From Truepera sp. (GTDB lineage Bacteria; Deinococcota; Deinococci; Deinococcales; Trueperaceae), in the NCBI GenBank assembly GCA_965218435.1, contig CBDCKW010000009.1, forward strand, positions 2,368,001-2,432,000: a stretch of DNA of 64,000 nucleotides, in the 5' to 3' direction. The notes below the pieces were generated by a model that did no database searches, was not told the origin of the DNA, and saw nothing but the letters and a program-made list of their open reading frames with translations. Within the stretch, counting starts at the first letter, position 1; every line of letters begins with the position of its first letter. The translations under genes were made by a program, and so were the position numbers. Below, piece by piece: positions 30,931 through 42,253 of the stretch.

Positions 30931-33135
30931 TTGAACCGCTATGATGACCGCGCCCGCCTGGTGTTCCACTTTGCCAGAGAAGAAGGTTCGAAACTCGGCC
31001 ACGCGATGATTGGTCCTGAACATCTGCTCTTAGGACTGATGCGCGAAGGTGGCAACGCCAGCCGCGTTTTAGCCGATTTCGGCGCGACCCTAGAGGGCCT
31101 GCGCCGCCAAGTTGAAGAGATGGTCGGCCGGGGTGACGGCTTGCCCCGTAATGAAACGGCCGCCATCACGCCGCGTGCGCGGCGCGTGATGGAGTTGGCC
31201 GGGAGTGAAGCCCGTAGTCTGGGCTCAAATGTGATCGCCACCGAACACATCTTGCTCGGTATTATCCGCGAGGGTGACGGGGTGGCGTACCGCATCTTGC
31301 AGCAACTGACCCGCGACGTAGACACGGTACGTTGGCGCATCTTGGCTGCCGCCGACCCCAAAGCGCAAAACGAAGTTGTCAACACCCCGTTTTTAGACGA
31401 GTACGCCCGCGACCTCACCAAAGAGGCGCGTGAAGGCAAACTCGACCCGGTCATCGGCCGCACCGAAGAGATTCGCCGCGTGATTCAAATCTTGTCACGC
31501 CGGAACAAAAACAACCCGGTTTTAATCGGGGAGCCGGGGGTCGGTAAAACCGCTATCGTCGAGGGGCTCGCGCAGTCCATCACCGAGGGGCGCGTCCCAC
31601 CGAACCTACGCAATATCCGCGTCTTATCTATAGATTTATCGAATATCGTTGCCGGAACCAAATACCGGGGCGAGTTTGAGGAGCGCCTCCGGCAGGTCAT
31701 CGAAGAGTTACGCAGTGCCCGCGTGGTCGCCTTTATCGACGAGCTGCACACGCTCGTCGGGGCAGGTGGCGCAGAAGGTACGCTCGACGCGGCCAATATC
31801 TTAAAACCGCCGCTTTCACGCGGTGAGGTTCAGGTCATTGGCGCAACGACGACCGGTGAATACCACCGCTACATCGAAAAAGATGCTGCGTTAGAACGCC
31901 GGTTTCAACCGGTGATCGTGCTCGAGCCCTCCCCTGAAGAAACTTTGGAGATCATGCACGGCCTCCGCGAACGTTACGAAACCCACCACGGCGTCCTCAT
32001 CCCCAATCAGATTCTAGAGATCGCCGTGCGTTACGGCGAACGCAGCTTGCCGGGGCGCAACTTTCCTGACAAGGCGATTGACCTGATTGATGAGGCCGCT
32101 GCCCGCACCCGGCTCAACAAGTCGCTCGGTTTTCCGATTTTAGAAGAAGAGGACGGGACCCCGGTCGTCTCGCGCGAGGACATCGAAGCGGTGGTGAACT
32201 CTTGGGGCGGGATTTATGTGGATGACCAAGACGACGAAAAGTTGGCGAGTATCGAAACCGAACTCCGCAAGCTCGTCGTTGGACAAGACGGGGCCATCCG
32301 CTCACTCGGCTCAGCCCTGCGCCGCGCCCGCGTCGGCCTCGGCGGACGGACCCGCGTCTCAGCGTCGTTTTTATTCGTCGGCCCTTCAGGTGTCGGTAAA
32401 ACCTTCCTGGCCAAACAGCTTGCGGTTGAGTTATTCGGTTCTGAACGCTCCCTCGTCCGTTTGGACATGTCCGAATACCAAGAACCGCACTCGATTTCTA
32501 AACTGATCGGCGCACCTCCGGGGTACGTCGGTCACGAACAGGGCGGTAGGCTCACCGAAGCGGTGCGGCGTCAACCCTTCTCAGTGGTCTTGTTAGACGA
32601 AATCGAAAAGGCGCACCCGGACATCTACAACGCCTTTTTGCAAGTTATGGATGACGGTCGGATGACCGACGGTTTAGGCCGCACGGTTGACTTTCGCCGC
32701 GTGATCCTCATTATGACCTCGAATACCGGCTTTAATAAAGCCGCTCAGGTCGGCTTTCAAGACGTCTCAAGAGACGTACAGGGGCCGCTTAAAAACATCT
32801 TTACGCCTGAGTTTTTAGACCGCTTAGACGAAGTGATCGCCTTTGAGACCTTTGACGAGCACGGGATTTTGCACATCACCAATCAGATGTTAGACGACAT
32901 CCGCGAAGACCTCGCGCAGCGCGACATTCAGGTGTCGTTTAGCCCTGAAGTTGCGACCTTCTTGGTCTCAAAGATGCCTAAAGGCGACTCGGCGCGGCCG
33001 ATGCGTTCAGTGATGCGCGAGCACATCGAAGACCCGCTGTCATTAGAGATTTTGCAGCAGGGCTCGAGCGAACCGATTATGATCGCCGTTGAAGACGAGA
33101 AGGTCGTATTCGCGCGACCGGTAGCCATAGCTTAG
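30931..33135 (+). CDS. clpC: ATP-dependent Clp protease ATPase subunit ClpC
   Basis: Clp N repeats, [28 protein letters not shown] start with AAGGGG RBS. Confidence 0.93.
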   Translation: MNRYDDRARLVFHFAREEGSKLGHAMIGPEHLLLGLMREGGNASRVLADFGATLEGLRRQVEEMVGRGDGLPRNETAAITPRARRVMELAGSEARSLGSNVIATEHILLGIIREGDGVAYRILQQLTRDVDTVRWRILAAADPKAQNEVVNTPFLDEYARDLTKEAREGKLDPVIGRTEEIRRVIQILSRRNKNNPVLIGEPGVGKTAIVEGLAQSITEGRVPPNLRNIRVLSIDLSNIVAGTKYRGEFEERLRQVIEELRSARVVAFIDELHTLVGAGGAEGTLDAANILKPPLSRGEVQVIGATTTGEYHRYIEKDAALERRFQPVIVLEPSPEETLEIMHGLRERYETHHGVLIPNQILEIAVRYGERSLPGRNFPDKAIDLIDEAAARTRLNKSLGFPILEEEDGTPVVSREDIEAVVNSWGGIYVDDQDDEKLASIETELRKLVVGQDGAIRSLGSALRRARVGLGGRTRVSASFLFVGPSGVGKTFLAKQLAVELFGSERSLVRLDMSEYQEPHSISKLIGAPPGYVGHEQGGRLTEAVRRQPFSVVLLDEIEKAHPDIYNAFLQVMDDGRMTDGLGRTVDFRRVILIMTSNTGFNKAAQVGFQDVSRDVQGPLKNIFTPEFLDRLDEVIAFETFDEHGILHITNQMLDDIREDLAQRDIQVSFSPEVATFLVSKMPKGDSARPMRSVMREHIEDPLSLEILQQGSSEPIMIAVEDEKVVFARPVAIA

Positions 33136-33152
33136 TAGCGCCGATAAAATGC

Positions 33153-33184
33153 AAGAAAAGCCGAGGAGAACCTCGGCTTTTCTT
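33153..33184 (+). terminator. Intrinsic (probably bidirectional) terminator after clpC
   Basis: AAGAAAAGCCGAGG-agaa-CCTCGGCTTTTCTT. Confidence 0.85.
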
Positions 33185-33241
33185 CTGTTACGCGCTAAGG
33201 TACAGATGAGTTCAAGCTTACCCAAGCTCGAGGAGTAACTG

Positions 33242-33676
33242 TTGACCTACGTCGCAGGTTTTATGTTTTCAGAAAATGGCGCGGACGTTTTACTGATTGA
33301 AAAACAAAGTCCCGCGTGGCAACGGGGATTCTTAAATGCTGTCGGCGGCAAAGTCGAACCCGGTGAGGAGCCTTTGGAGGCGATGACTCGAGAGTTTAGG
33401 GAAGAGACAGGTGTCAACACAGAAAGCTCGGCTTGGTGCCATTTCGTGACAATTCAAACCGGTACAGCACGAGTTGACTTCTTCTTTACTCACAGCAGCC
33501 TCCTGTACGAGGCTCGAACCGTAGAGACAGAAAAGGTTATCTGCTGCCGGGTCGCCAAACTACCGGCCAACATACTGCCCAACTTAAGGTGGCTGATTCC
33601 TCTGGCGCTAGACAAAACCTTGTCTTTTAAGCGCCCAGTTTTGTTGACTGAAACAGCTCACCTTAAAAGAGGCTGA
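33242..33676 (+). CDS. NUDIX hydrolase
   Basis: Nudix box GGKVEPGEEPLEAMTREFREETG. Confidence 0.9.
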   Translation: MTYVAGFMFSENGADVLLIEKQSPAWQRGFLNAVGGKVEPGEEPLEAMTREFREETGVNTESSAWCHFVTIQTGTARVDFFFTHSSLLYEARTVETEKVICCRVAKLPANILPNLRWLIPLALDKTLSFKRPVLLTETAHLKRG

Positions 33677-33729
33677 CAGCATCTCGCTGTCAGCCTCGAG
33701 TAAACCCTACCGGATAAACCGGTACCCTA

Positions 33730-35637
33730 TTACGGGTAGTCTACGATGTAAACCGGAACCCCGATCCTGGTCGTGTCCGCCGGACCTCCGACACCGTTGA
33801 CCACGTGGTTGATCGTTCCGGCGCTCAGGTTAACCGTCAGGATGTGATGCAGCCGAACCCCCGACGTCTCAGGCACCTCAAAGCCGTTTTCAGTGACGAT
33901 AGACGGGTTGTTCTGGTTAAAGACGTAAACACCGCCCCCATAAAGGTTGTGCCGCCGCACCTGATCGCCGACTTTATAGCCGGCGTAACCCAAGGTATCG
34001 CCGTTCATCCAATCGGCCTGCGTAGGCGGGTCATACGGCAATTCGTTTTGGTAGAGAATGACCGTGCCGTTTTCGCCGTTCCAGATGGTGTTGTACTCCT
34101 GGAAGTGCTCGACAAATAAGCCCGTCGCCGTGACGTTGTCGCCGTTAATCACCGCTCCGTTAAGGCCGATGTTGGTATTCCAGCGGTCGGTATCGCCGTT
34201 GACGCCTTTGGTAAAGCCTTCAAGCCCGTGGTCGGCGCGCCACACCCAAGTATGGTCAATGAGCACGTTGTCGCGGTTGACCTCGAGCGCTACATTAGCT
34301 TTACCGATGTGCGGCCCCCCGACCCGGAAGTACACGTCTGAAAGCGTCGTCGGGTCTGACGGATCGTTCTTTTTGGGGCTGCTGTTGCCGTTCTTTTTAC
34401 CGACTTGGAGGAGCACCGGCGACAAAGTAGTGCCCGCGTCAAGGGTAACCCCGGCGACGATGACGCCGGGAACATCAGCAACCGTCATAGGAACGGCCCC
34501 ACCGACTGCGGTCAGCGTCGCGTGCCCGATGCCGAGGACGACCGTATCGGCACGTTTAACTTTGATACTCTGACCGATGTTGTAGACGCCGGGGGTAAGC
34601 AGCAGGTTCTGGCCGCGGGCGAGTGCGTTGTTGATGACCTGCACCGAGTCCGACGGCTTTGCGACAAAAAACTCGCTGAGCGGAACCGTACGGCCTGCGG
34701 TGGCGTCTTCACTCCACGAAGTGCCGCGCGTGTTTGTTCGGGCTGACGGCACACGGACGTTGTACGCGCCCCGCGCGTCAATCAACAGGTAAGGCTTTTC
34801 ACGGCTGACCGGCGTTGTCTGAAGTGTCGTATACGGCGGGTTCGGAAATCCAGCCTCGGACGGGGCACCTTCAACCCCGGAGAAGACCTGGTTCCAGACA
34901 CCGTTCGACCAACCGCCGAGTTCGCTGTTACGCGTAAGCCACTGCTGCTGCGAACCGTTGATCACGAACTCAGTTTTCGAGTCGGCGATAAAGCCACCAC
35001 TCGCGTACTGTGGCCCTGCGGTGCAGTAGTCTTGAAGCGATAAGTTGCCCCCGGTGATATTAAAGCGGCGTAGCGACACAGCCTGCGATACGGCCCAAAA
35101 GTTGGCAGAAGCGCGGCAGCCATCTTGACCTCTACCGTTGACCTGAACTGTGAGGTTAGAAAGTGTACGCCAAAAGTTATTCAGCGCGATACAGTTTTGC
35201 GTACCGTCGGCATTTTGGGAACACTGATTGTAAACCTCGACTTTACCGTTGATGGTAACGTCAGTCGGCGACGCGCCCAAACCGGAGATTTCAGTGTAGT
35301 AGCCGACTTTAATTTGGAGTGGCTGCTCGTTAGTCCCGTACGTGCCCGGTTTGAAGAGATAAGCATAACGTTCACGGCCGAACTGGTTGTCAACCTGCTT
35401 GGCGTACGTGGCGTCAAGTGTTGCTTGAATCTCACTGACCGGCATACTCGAGTCGAAAACCGTGACGTTCTGACCGAGATCACTCTGGCCCCTGGGCTTA
35501 GCGGCTGTTTCCAACGCCGGGTCAGCCGTAAGCGTGCTGCACGCACTGAGAAGAAGTGCGGTACCTAAAAGGAGGGAGAGAGCTCGAGCCCCCCCACGGC
35601 TACTAGGTACCTGATCGGCGGCTTGCGGTTTCTGCAT
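33730..35637 (-). CDS. Lipoprotein, bacterial GH55 beta-1,3-glucanase-like beta-helix protein
   Basis: Lipobox LLSAC; LFKPGTYG, NNFWR, WAVSQA, ASGGFIADS, SQQQW, WRADHG, GLFVEHFQ, QNELPYDPP; ATG 35637 preferred. Confidence 0.8.
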   Translation of the reverse strand: MQKPQAADQVPSSRGGARALSLLLGTALLLSACSTLTADPALETAAKPRGQSDLGQNVTVFDSSMPVSEIQATLDATYAKQVDNQFGRERYAYLFKPGTYGTNEQPLQIKVGYYTEISGLGASPTDVTINGKVEVYNQCSQNADGTQNCIALNNFWRTLSNLTVQVNGRGQDGCRASANFWAVSQAVSLRRFNITGGNLSLQDYCTAGPQYASGGFIADSKTEFVINGSQQQWLTRNSELGGWSNGVWNQVFSGVEGAPSEAGFPNPPYTTLQTTPVSREKPYLLIDARGAYNVRVPSARTNTRGTSWSEDATAGRTVPLSEFFVAKPSDSVQVINNALARGQNLLLTPGVYNIGQSIKVKRADTVVLGIGHATLTAVGGAVPMTVADVPGVIVAGVTLDAGTTLSPVLLQVGKKNGNSSPKKNDPSDPTTLSDVYFRVGGPHIGKANVALEVNRDNVLIDHTWVWRADHGLEGFTKGVNGDTDRWNTNIGLNGAVINGDNVTATGLFVEHFQEYNTIWNGENGTVILYQNELPYDPPTQADWMNGDTLGYAGYKVGDQVRRHNLYGGGVYVFNQNNPSIVTENGFEVPETSGVRLHHILTVNLSAGTINHVVNGVGGPADTTRIGVPVYIVDYP

Positions 35638-36160
35638 AGCTATCCTTTCTGGATCGTCATCTAAGGTGTTGTGTAACCTGAGTAAACCACATTCGGTACA
35701 GCTGTCTCTCCCCCATTCCAACACCGCCTCAAAACTGTTTCCCAAAACATGCCCGCGCCCGGTCACAGCAAGAGCCGATTACCTCTTAACCTATGAGCGC
35801 CGCACGGCTTCTAGTGGCGGCTAAAATTCAGGTAAGAGGTATGTTTATGAGTATGAAATTACCTTAACAAGTTCGCTTCATCTTGTCAAATGAAGCCAAC
35901 ACCGAGGCGTCTAAAGAATGACGGCTAACCTAAACTCAAGTTAGCTGTGAGCTTGAGGTAAAGGCGCGACTTAGCACAAAGGACCCGCCCGAAGCCGGAG
36001 TAATCAGGGTACAAAGCCCGCCGCGAAAGTAGGCTAAAACGCGCTGCAAAATAGCTTTTTAGCCCAACTTTACTCAGACTCTCGCCGGGTAACGCTTAAC
36101 TGAGGTGACTTCTACGGTTTCAGCTCGACCTGTACTAAAGGATGTTTGGGAAATAGAGTA

Positions 36161-37081
36161 GACCTCCGGCGAAAGTAGCTCGAAGATGACAACATGTAAA
36201 GATGCGCGAACAAACAGCACGGAGTCTAAAGTTGTCACCTGAGAAGTTCAAACGCAAACTTGGGGTCAAGCCCACCACTTTCAGAACGATGCTGGAGTTA
36301 CTTAAAGCGAGAGAGGGGCGGAAGAAGAAACGCGGACGAACTCCCGCGCTGTGTCTTGAAGACCAACTTGTACTGACCCTATCGTTTTTACGAGAATACC
36401 GAACCCACTTTCACTTGTCAGAAGATTGGGGCGTAGACGAGAGCACCGTGCGGCGCACCATAGAACGCGTCGAAGACGCCCTCATCAGCTCGGGTAAGTT
36501 CACACTGCCGGGACGCAAAGCGTTGCGTGACGACCAGACGCTAGAAGTTGTGGTAGTGGATATTGCCGAGTCGCCGGTTGAACGTCCCAAAAAAACAAAG
36601 TGCCCCAAGCGCAGCGGCAGGGTAGCGGCGTTACTACTCGGGTAAGAAGAAACGACACACGCAAAAGAGCCAAGTATTTGTTGCACAAAACAGTCAGCGC
36701 ATCCTATGTACGGCTTATGGCAAAGGCCGAGCACACGACTTCAAGTTATTGACACAAAGCCGCTGCGCTACGGTGCTCGCGCCAAACACCGAACTTCTTT
36801 CTGATAGCGGCTTTCAGGGCGTGGCTAAGCTTCATCCCAAAAGCCGTACCCCGCATAAACGTTGGAAGGGTAACGTACTTACCCCAGAGCAACAGCTACA
36901 TAACCGCATCCTAGCTAAAGAACGCATCCTCGCTGAACACGTCATTCGTAAGCTTAAGGTCTGGCGTATCCTCAAAGAAACCTATCGTCATCGGCGCAGG
37001 CGCTTTGGACTTCGGCTTAATCTCATTGCTGCTCTCTACAACCATGATCTACAAGCCATTGTGTGACTTTCGCCGGAGGTC
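36161..37081 (+). mobile_element. IS5-family element (ISL2/IS702-like), two-ORF frameshifting transposase, apparently disrupted
   Basis: Perfect 16-bp terminal IRs GACCTCCGGCGAAAGT / ACTTTCGCCGGAGGTC, each flanked by TA; orfA 36202-36645 (HTH, ERPKK on an A7 run); orfB with YYSGKKKRH, DSGFQG, RILAEHVIRKLK. Confidence 0.92.
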
Positions 37082-37284
37082 TAGTCAAGCCTTGCAATCA
37101 AGCCCAAGCCGTAAACCTTCTGAGAAGCACCCATACCAGTGAATTCGAACGTGTTTCTGAGAACTCAATCGTCAAACTCAGTACATTAGAGACGAAGAAG
37201 GAAATTCCAAAATACCCTCTACGGAGACGCAGCGGACGACACTACCGTAAACGCCCCCCAGAACGCTGCGCCTCCGTCAACCAC

Positions 37285-37449
37285 GCCAATGTGGTACAAC
37301 CCGGCGACTCACTCTCAAAAATTTCTAAAGCGTTTTACGGTACCGGGGCGCACTGGCCCGAACTCCTCGCCGCCAAGCCAAGCTTAAAGAACCCCGATCA
37401 GCTCTTCTCAGGAACGGTGCTCGTCGTTCCGTGCGTTTGCCTTAGCTGA
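37285..37449 (+). pseudogene. LysM-domain fragment
   Basis: VVQPGDSLSKISKAFYG...NPDQLFSGTVLVVP; no convincing start or N-terminal domain. Confidence 0.6.
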
Positions 37450-37465
37450 TTCAAGGAGAGGCCGG

Positions 37466-38437
37466 TCAAAAAGGTAGCTCGGCTTCACGCTTTGGACCTG
37501 CCGCGCCGTCCCAACAGAGCGGCTTGAAATCGCAGTACGCGCACACCTTTAGCTCGGTCGTCGGAGGGATGGTGTAAGGGTTACGGTCGTCTTTTGCCCG
37601 ACCCGCCAGCAGCGTTTGCATCGCCGTTGCCGATACCTGAAGGTGCGCCTCGAGCCCACTTACCTCTCTTGCTGTAAGCGAATAATCTCTAAGTTCATCG
37701 GTTAAAAGTTGCACCTCGAGCAGCGCCACGTCTTCAGCCCTGAGCCCGCCCAAGCCAGGCATTCCCCCCTGAGCACCGGAACGGAAGAGCGCGAACGCGT
37801 ATCCCGCGAGCTGTTCCCGGTAGTTTGCAGCGGCACGCGCGTGAACTTTCCAGTCTACGATCAGCGGCGGCGCGTTCCGAAAAAAAGCGATCAGGTCGAG
37901 AACAGCGCGCACCGTGACCGGCTCACCGTCAGGGAGCGTAAGCCGGTAGCTGAGCGCCCGTTGCGGAAAAAGTCTGGCGTTTAAGAGCCGCCCCAAGAGC
38001 GGCCTCAGCTCGAGCAGATGGGTCAAGGCCACTTCGATATCGGCCCACGCTTGCCCCAACTTTTCTTCCGCGGGCGTTCTCCCCTGTTCAACCTCGCGGA
38101 GCAGCAAAAAGTCTTTGTGCTGACTCGGTTTGAGGCCGGGTTCATGGAGACGGTGCGACAACGCAAAAGCAAGCTGAGCGTCATAACGTTTTCTAGCGAC
38201 ACTTAAAAGCGTCGCCAGCGTCGGCACCTGCCCCCAGCTAAGGGGCGGTACGACGTGCTGCGTGATCACGTCGTCAACGAGCCGACCGCGCCACGACCAG
38301 AGGCTGTCGAGTTTGCCGAGCAGGTACGCTTCGCGCCGCACCGGGTCTTTGGCTGCGTGATGGGCGACGACCTGCCGGTAAAACCACCGACGCGGGCAGC
38401 CCGCAAACGACCGGCCCGCACTAAACGACCAGTTCAC
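37466..38437 (-). CDS. PD-(D/E)XK nuclease, Cas4/AddB-like with predicted Fe-S staple
   Basis: WSFS...CPRRWFY, LDLI, IVDWK, QLAGYA, C-terminal CAYCDFKPLC. Confidence 0.85.
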   Translation of the reverse strand: MNWSFSAGRSFAGCPRRWFYRQVVAHHAAKDPVRREAYLLGKLDSLWSWRGRLVDDVITQHVVPPLSWGQVPTLATLLSVARKRYDAQLAFALSHRLHEPGLKPSQHKDFLLLREVEQGRTPAEEKLGQAWADIEVALTHLLELRPLLGRLLNARLFPQRALSYRLTLPDGEPVTVRAVLDLIAFFRNAPPLIVDWKVHARAAANYREQLAGYAFALFRSGAQGGMPGLGGLRAEDVALLEVQLLTDELRDYSLTAREVSGLEAHLQVSATAMQTLLAGRAKDDRNPYTIPPTTELKVCAYCDFKPLCWDGAAGPKREAELPF

Positions 38438-38547
38438 GCCGCCCGCTGACGTTGGCTAAAGTGCATCCGAGCATTGAGGTCTGCTAAAGGCACTCTGAGT
38501 AAAGCCGTATCCGTCCAATCAAAGCACGTCCCGGTAGCTTGAATCAT
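38434..38547 (-). CDS. Possible 37-aa ORF translationally coupled to the nuclease
   Basis: MIQATGTCFDWTDTALLRVPLADLNARMHFSQRQRAA; its TGA overlaps the nuclease GTG (GTGA). Confidence 0.35.
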   Translation of the reverse strand: MIQATGTCFDWTDTALLRVPLADLNARMHFSQRQRAA

Positions 38548-38743
38548 CCCTTACTATGCCATGTGAGCCGCCCGGTTTAGTGGGTTAAGCGGTTGGGGCT
38601 CGAGGCGGCTCGAGCCCCTCCAGAGGTCAGCTTACACAGCGGTTCTTAGCCAAACCATGGTATTTGCAGTCAACGGCTTATGAAAAGCAGAGCGTTACAT
38701 TGAAAATACTACGAACACTTTTCCCTTAGCAATATAGTGATAA

Positions 38744-39469
38744 ATGAAAATTGTCGTCTCAACAGATATACACGCTAATCTACCTGCTTTGAAAGCAGCT
38801 CTGAAACAGATAAAGAGAGAAGGGTATGACCTACTCTTTCATCTCGGCGATGTGATTGATATCGGTCCTTTTCCGGGCGAATGTTTAGACCTCATGCTCA
38901 ACCAAAAGAACAGCCGCTTCGTTATGGGCAATCACGACCGGTGGTTTGTAGAAGGCTTACCTTCAGTTAAGCCTAAGTGGATGAGCGAGGGTGAACTCGA
39001 GCATATAGCTTGGACGCTGGCACAGCTAGACCCTCAGCTACAACCTATAGTCGCCAGTTGGCCTTACCAAATTACAGAAGAGTTTGAAGGTGTAAAGACA
39101 TCTTTTATCCACTATGGTTTAGACGCCGCTGAACAAAACTGGCTGCCTATTATTCACAACCCTCAACCTAAAGATTTGGATGGGCTTTTCTCTTCTCCCA
39201 CATCGTCAGAACTTATTTTTTACGGGCATCATCACCCTTTTTCTGATTTATCGGGAAGAGCACGTTACATAAATCCAGGTGCACTCGGTTGTCATTCTTC
39301 AGCTTTGGCAAGGTTCACGGTAGTTGAGTACAGCGGCTTGAACTATTCCGCTACGCAACGCTCGGTGCCCTATGACGATGCGCCGCTAGTTCAAGCTTTT
39401 AAGCGACGCAACGTGCCCGACAAAACTCTTATCGATCAGGCTTTTTTTGGCGGACGACTCTCTTTGTAG
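38744..39469 (+). CDS. Metallophosphoesterase (YfcE-like)
   Basis: DIHAN, GDVID, GNHD, GHHH, NPGALG. Confidence 0.9.
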   Translation: MKIVVSTDIHANLPALKAALKQIKREGYDLLFHLGDVIDIGPFPGECLDLMLNQKNSRFVMGNHDRWFVEGLPSVKPKWMSEGELEHIAWTLAQLDPQLQPIVASWPYQITEEFEGVKTSFIHYGLDAAEQNWLPIIHNPQPKDLDGLFSSPTSSELIFYGHHHPFSDLSGRARYINPGALGCHSSALARFTVVEYSGLNYSATQRSVPYDDAPLVQAFKRRNVPDKTLIDQAFFGGRLSL

Positions 39470-39559
39470 TCAGTGTGCTTAGCTAGACGTTGCTGAAGAT
39501 TTTAAGCAAGAGTCATGACTGTGGTTCAGTAGTTTAACCAGCCAAATCACCTACCGTTT

Positions 39560-40591
39560 CTAGCCCAAGTAGTTTCTCAACCTCGCTATTTCTAGTTGCC
39601 AAATGGTTTCAGACCTGTACACCTTGAACCCAAGCTTGTGGTTGATGGCCAGCATCGGCGCGTTCGAGTCGGCGTTTCCCGTGCGGATACGTTTGACAGA
39701 AGGGCGCTCCGCCAGAACTTTCTGAATCATCGCGGCTTTAAGCCATTTGCCAAGCCCGTTGCCCCGATACTCAGGTAAGACGCCTGTATCATCTTGCTCG
39801 AGGTTCTCCGGGTCCTCCGGGTACCAGTACGTTTCTGTAAAACCGGCCAAGCGACCAGACGGTTTGTGACGAACGTAGAGCACCCGGCGTTCGACCCCTC
39901 GAGCCAGGTCATAAGCTTCTCCTTCGCGTAACTCTTCAGGGGTCGTCTGCTCGTCCTCCTGCTCGAGTTCGTCTCTAGGTGCTGTGTTCATCACGTTAAA
40001 AAGCTCAGCGATGGCGTGAAGGTCAGCGTCAGGGTAACGGCTCCCCCAAAAGCCCAATTCAAAATCTCGAGCTTTAGTGTTGGCAAGGTCTAGCCAGTCA
40101 CGTAAGCGTTCTTTGCTGAGTTCTTCCAAAGCGAGCTGGTTCGTACTTGCTTCTAAGCCTTTGGTTGCCCCAAGCCGCTCGGCAAAGCCTTGACCGTCAG
40201 GTACAAACGAGCTTGTTCTACCTGTCAAAAGCGTCCGTTTATACTTCTCTGCAAAGGCCATCACCTTTTCGAGCAAGGGTTTTGTGTAACCCTTTCTCCG
40301 GTAGGGCTTTAGGATTTGAAGCTCTGCTGAAAACAAATGCGGGTTATCTTTGCCGGAGTTTGCTGTTAAGAAGAGTTCAGCAACGATTTTCTCGTCTTCC
40401 CATAAATGCCACACTTCAAGTTTGGCTCCTTCAATCAGTTTCCAGCCTCGAGCGTTGTTGATACTGAACTCTAGCGGCATATTCGGGTCATCGGGCATTT
40501 CCTCTTGTAGCCTTAAGCCAAGGTATTCGTGGCGGCTCCTAAAGTAGCTTTCGCTGGCAGTATCGGGGTCGAAACGTTCTAGCGTAGGCAT
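39560..40591 (-). CDS. Tandem GNAT acetyltransferase
   Basis: YRRKGY and TGVLPEYRGNGLGKWLK acetyl-CoA motifs; NAPMLAINHKLGF. Confidence 0.9.
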   Translation of the reverse strand: MPTLERFDPDTASESYFRSRHEYLGLRLQEEMPDDPNMPLEFSINNARGWKLIEGAKLEVWHLWEDEKIVAELFLTANSGKDNPHLFSAELQILKPYRRKGYTKPLLEKVMAFAEKYKRTLLTGRTSSFVPDGQGFAERLGATKGLEASTNQLALEELSKERLRDWLDLANTKARDFELGFWGSRYPDADLHAIAELFNVMNTAPRDELEQEDEQTTPEELREGEAYDLARGVERRVLYVRHKPSGRLAGFTETYWYPEDPENLEQDDTGVLPEYRGNGLGKWLKAAMIQKVLAERPSVKRIRTGNADSNAPMLAINHKLGFKVYRSETIWQLEIARLRNYLG

Positions 40592-40911
40592 AAATGGCCT
40601 CCTTAAAGGTATAAACCGTTTTATCTAGTTGAGAAGAAAGTAGAGTTGCGCGCTCGAGCACCTTGAGGCACCGAGGCAAGCCGTTCCCCAAGCCCCCATA
40701 GATACAAGAGCGTCAAGCATCGGCTAAGTGACTCGGCTCTAAACCAAGCTGGGTGTTTTAGACAAGAACTTTCAAAGTAGGTCTATCGTGGCATAAAACG
40801 AGCGAGATGTCTAACATCGTCTAATTCCACTGCCCGCTCAGTAGAGCGACCTAAAGTTCTGCTGGTACGGTGCAACTTTTTTGTAAGCGTTTAGGACTTA
40901 TGATGGTCTAA

Positions 40912-42249
40912 GTGGCGAAGATCAGTACAACTTATGTTTGTAACGAATGCGGCACGCAGTCGCCGGTCAAGATGGGTAAGTGTCCGCGCTGCGGCGCGTG
41001 GGGCAGTATGGAGGCGCAGGTCTCCGCGCCGAGTGGCGTAAGTGGAGGGAAGGCTGCGGCTAGGGGCTTTGCACCGCCGGTTGTGGTCGAGACGCTCTCG
41101 AGCCTCACCCTTACCGAGGCGCAGCGCATTCCTTCGGGCATTGATGAAGTGGACCGGGTTTTGGGCGGCGGTTGGGTCGCCGGGGCCGTGACGCTCTTAG
41201 CCGGTGAACCCGGCATCGGCAAGTCCACCTTGCTGCTACAACTCGCGCACGAGATGCTGGAGCAGGGCCACACCACACTCTACGTCGCGGGTGAAGAGTC
41301 GTTATCTCAGGTCAAGATGCGGGCAGAACGGCTCGGCGTGGCGGATAAGCTCGAGCTGACCCGCGAGACCGACGCCCGCACCTTAGCCGAACACTTCCGC
41401 GCGTTTCGGCCTCCCTTTATCATCGTGGATTCGGTGCAGACGCTGATCGCTGAAGACGGTGCGACCCCCGGCACCGTCACGCAAGTCCGCGACGGGACGG
41501 CGCTGCTGACGCAAGCTGCGAAAGAGGCGGGGAGCGCCCTCGTGTTGATCGGACACGTGACTAAGCAAGGGCAGGTGGCAGGGCCGAAAGTCGTCGAGCA
41601 TATGGTAGACGCGACCCTCGCGTTAGAAAGCGCGTCGGGCTTTCGGGTCTTGCGAACGATGAAAAACCGGTTCGGCCCCGCTGGGGAGATGGGCGTCTTT
41701 GAGATGACGACCGGCGGGATGCGGCCCGTTGCGAACCCTTCCAAGGCATTTTTGGCCGAGCGGCCTCGAGGTGTGGCAGGGTCGGCAATCGTGGCAGCCT
41801 TAGAGGGTCAACGGCCCCTCCTCTTAGAGGTGCAGGCGCTCGCCGCCAAATCTCCCTACGCCTCACCCCGGCGCACCGTGCAGGGGCTCGACCCGCGCCG
41901 CGTTGACGTGGTGCTCGCGGTGTTAGAGAGAAGGCTCGAGCTCCCCCTTGCCGGGTTGGACGTATACGTCAACGTCGCGGGTGGCCTCCGACTGACCGAC
42001 CCCGGTACCGACCTCGCAGTAGCGTTAGCCGTGTACTCGGCGGTCACGAACCGACCCCTGCCCGAAGGAACGGCGGTCGTCGGTGAGGTGGGGTTGGCCG
42101 GTGAACTCAGAAGCGTGGCGCAGCTCGAGCGCCGGATTCAAGAGGCGGGCCGCACCGAGTTTCCGCGCCTGGTTGGGCCGCCCTTAGCAGGAAGCAAACA
42201 CGTCACGGTGCGCACGCTCGCCGAGGCTATCGGAACCGTGTGGGGCTGA
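40912..42249 (+). CDS. radA: DNA repair protein RadA/Sms
   Basis: C4 zinc finger, [24 protein letters not shown]. Confidence 0.97.
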   Translation: MAKISTTYVCNECGTQSPVKMGKCPRCGAWGSMEAQVSAPSGVSGGKAAARGFAPPVVVETLSSLTLTEAQRIPSGIDEVDRVLGGGWVAGAVTLLAGEPGIGKSTLLLQLAHEMLEQGHTTLYVAGEESLSQVKMRAERLGVADKLELTRETDARTLAEHFRAFRPPFIIVDSVQTLIAEDGATPGTVTQVRDGTALLTQAAKEAGSALVLIGHVTKQGQVAGPKVVEHMVDATLALESASGFRVLRTMKNRFGPAGEMGVFEMTTGGMRPVANPSKAFLAERPRGVAGSAIVAALEGQRPLLLEVQALAAKSPYASPRRTVQGLDPRRVDVVLAVLERRLELPLAGLDVYVNVAGGLRLTDPGTDLAVALAVYSAVTNRPLPEGTAVVGEVGLAGELRSVAQLERRIQEAGRTEFPRLVGPPLAGSKHVTVRTLAEAIGTVWG

Positions 42250-42253
42250 CGCG

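Noticed and set aside
35975..36070. c-di-GMP-I riboswitch-like stretch (…GCGAAAGTAGGC…)
   Set aside because: The GGCAAA and GACGCAAA elements and P3 are not properly matched, and it points away from the GH55 gene; an Rfam scan would settle it
36161..37081. Absence of CTCGAG as proof of foreign origin (IS5, DUF262 gene)
   Set aside because: Core genes such as glyQ also appear to lack it over a similar length, so the signal is too weak alone
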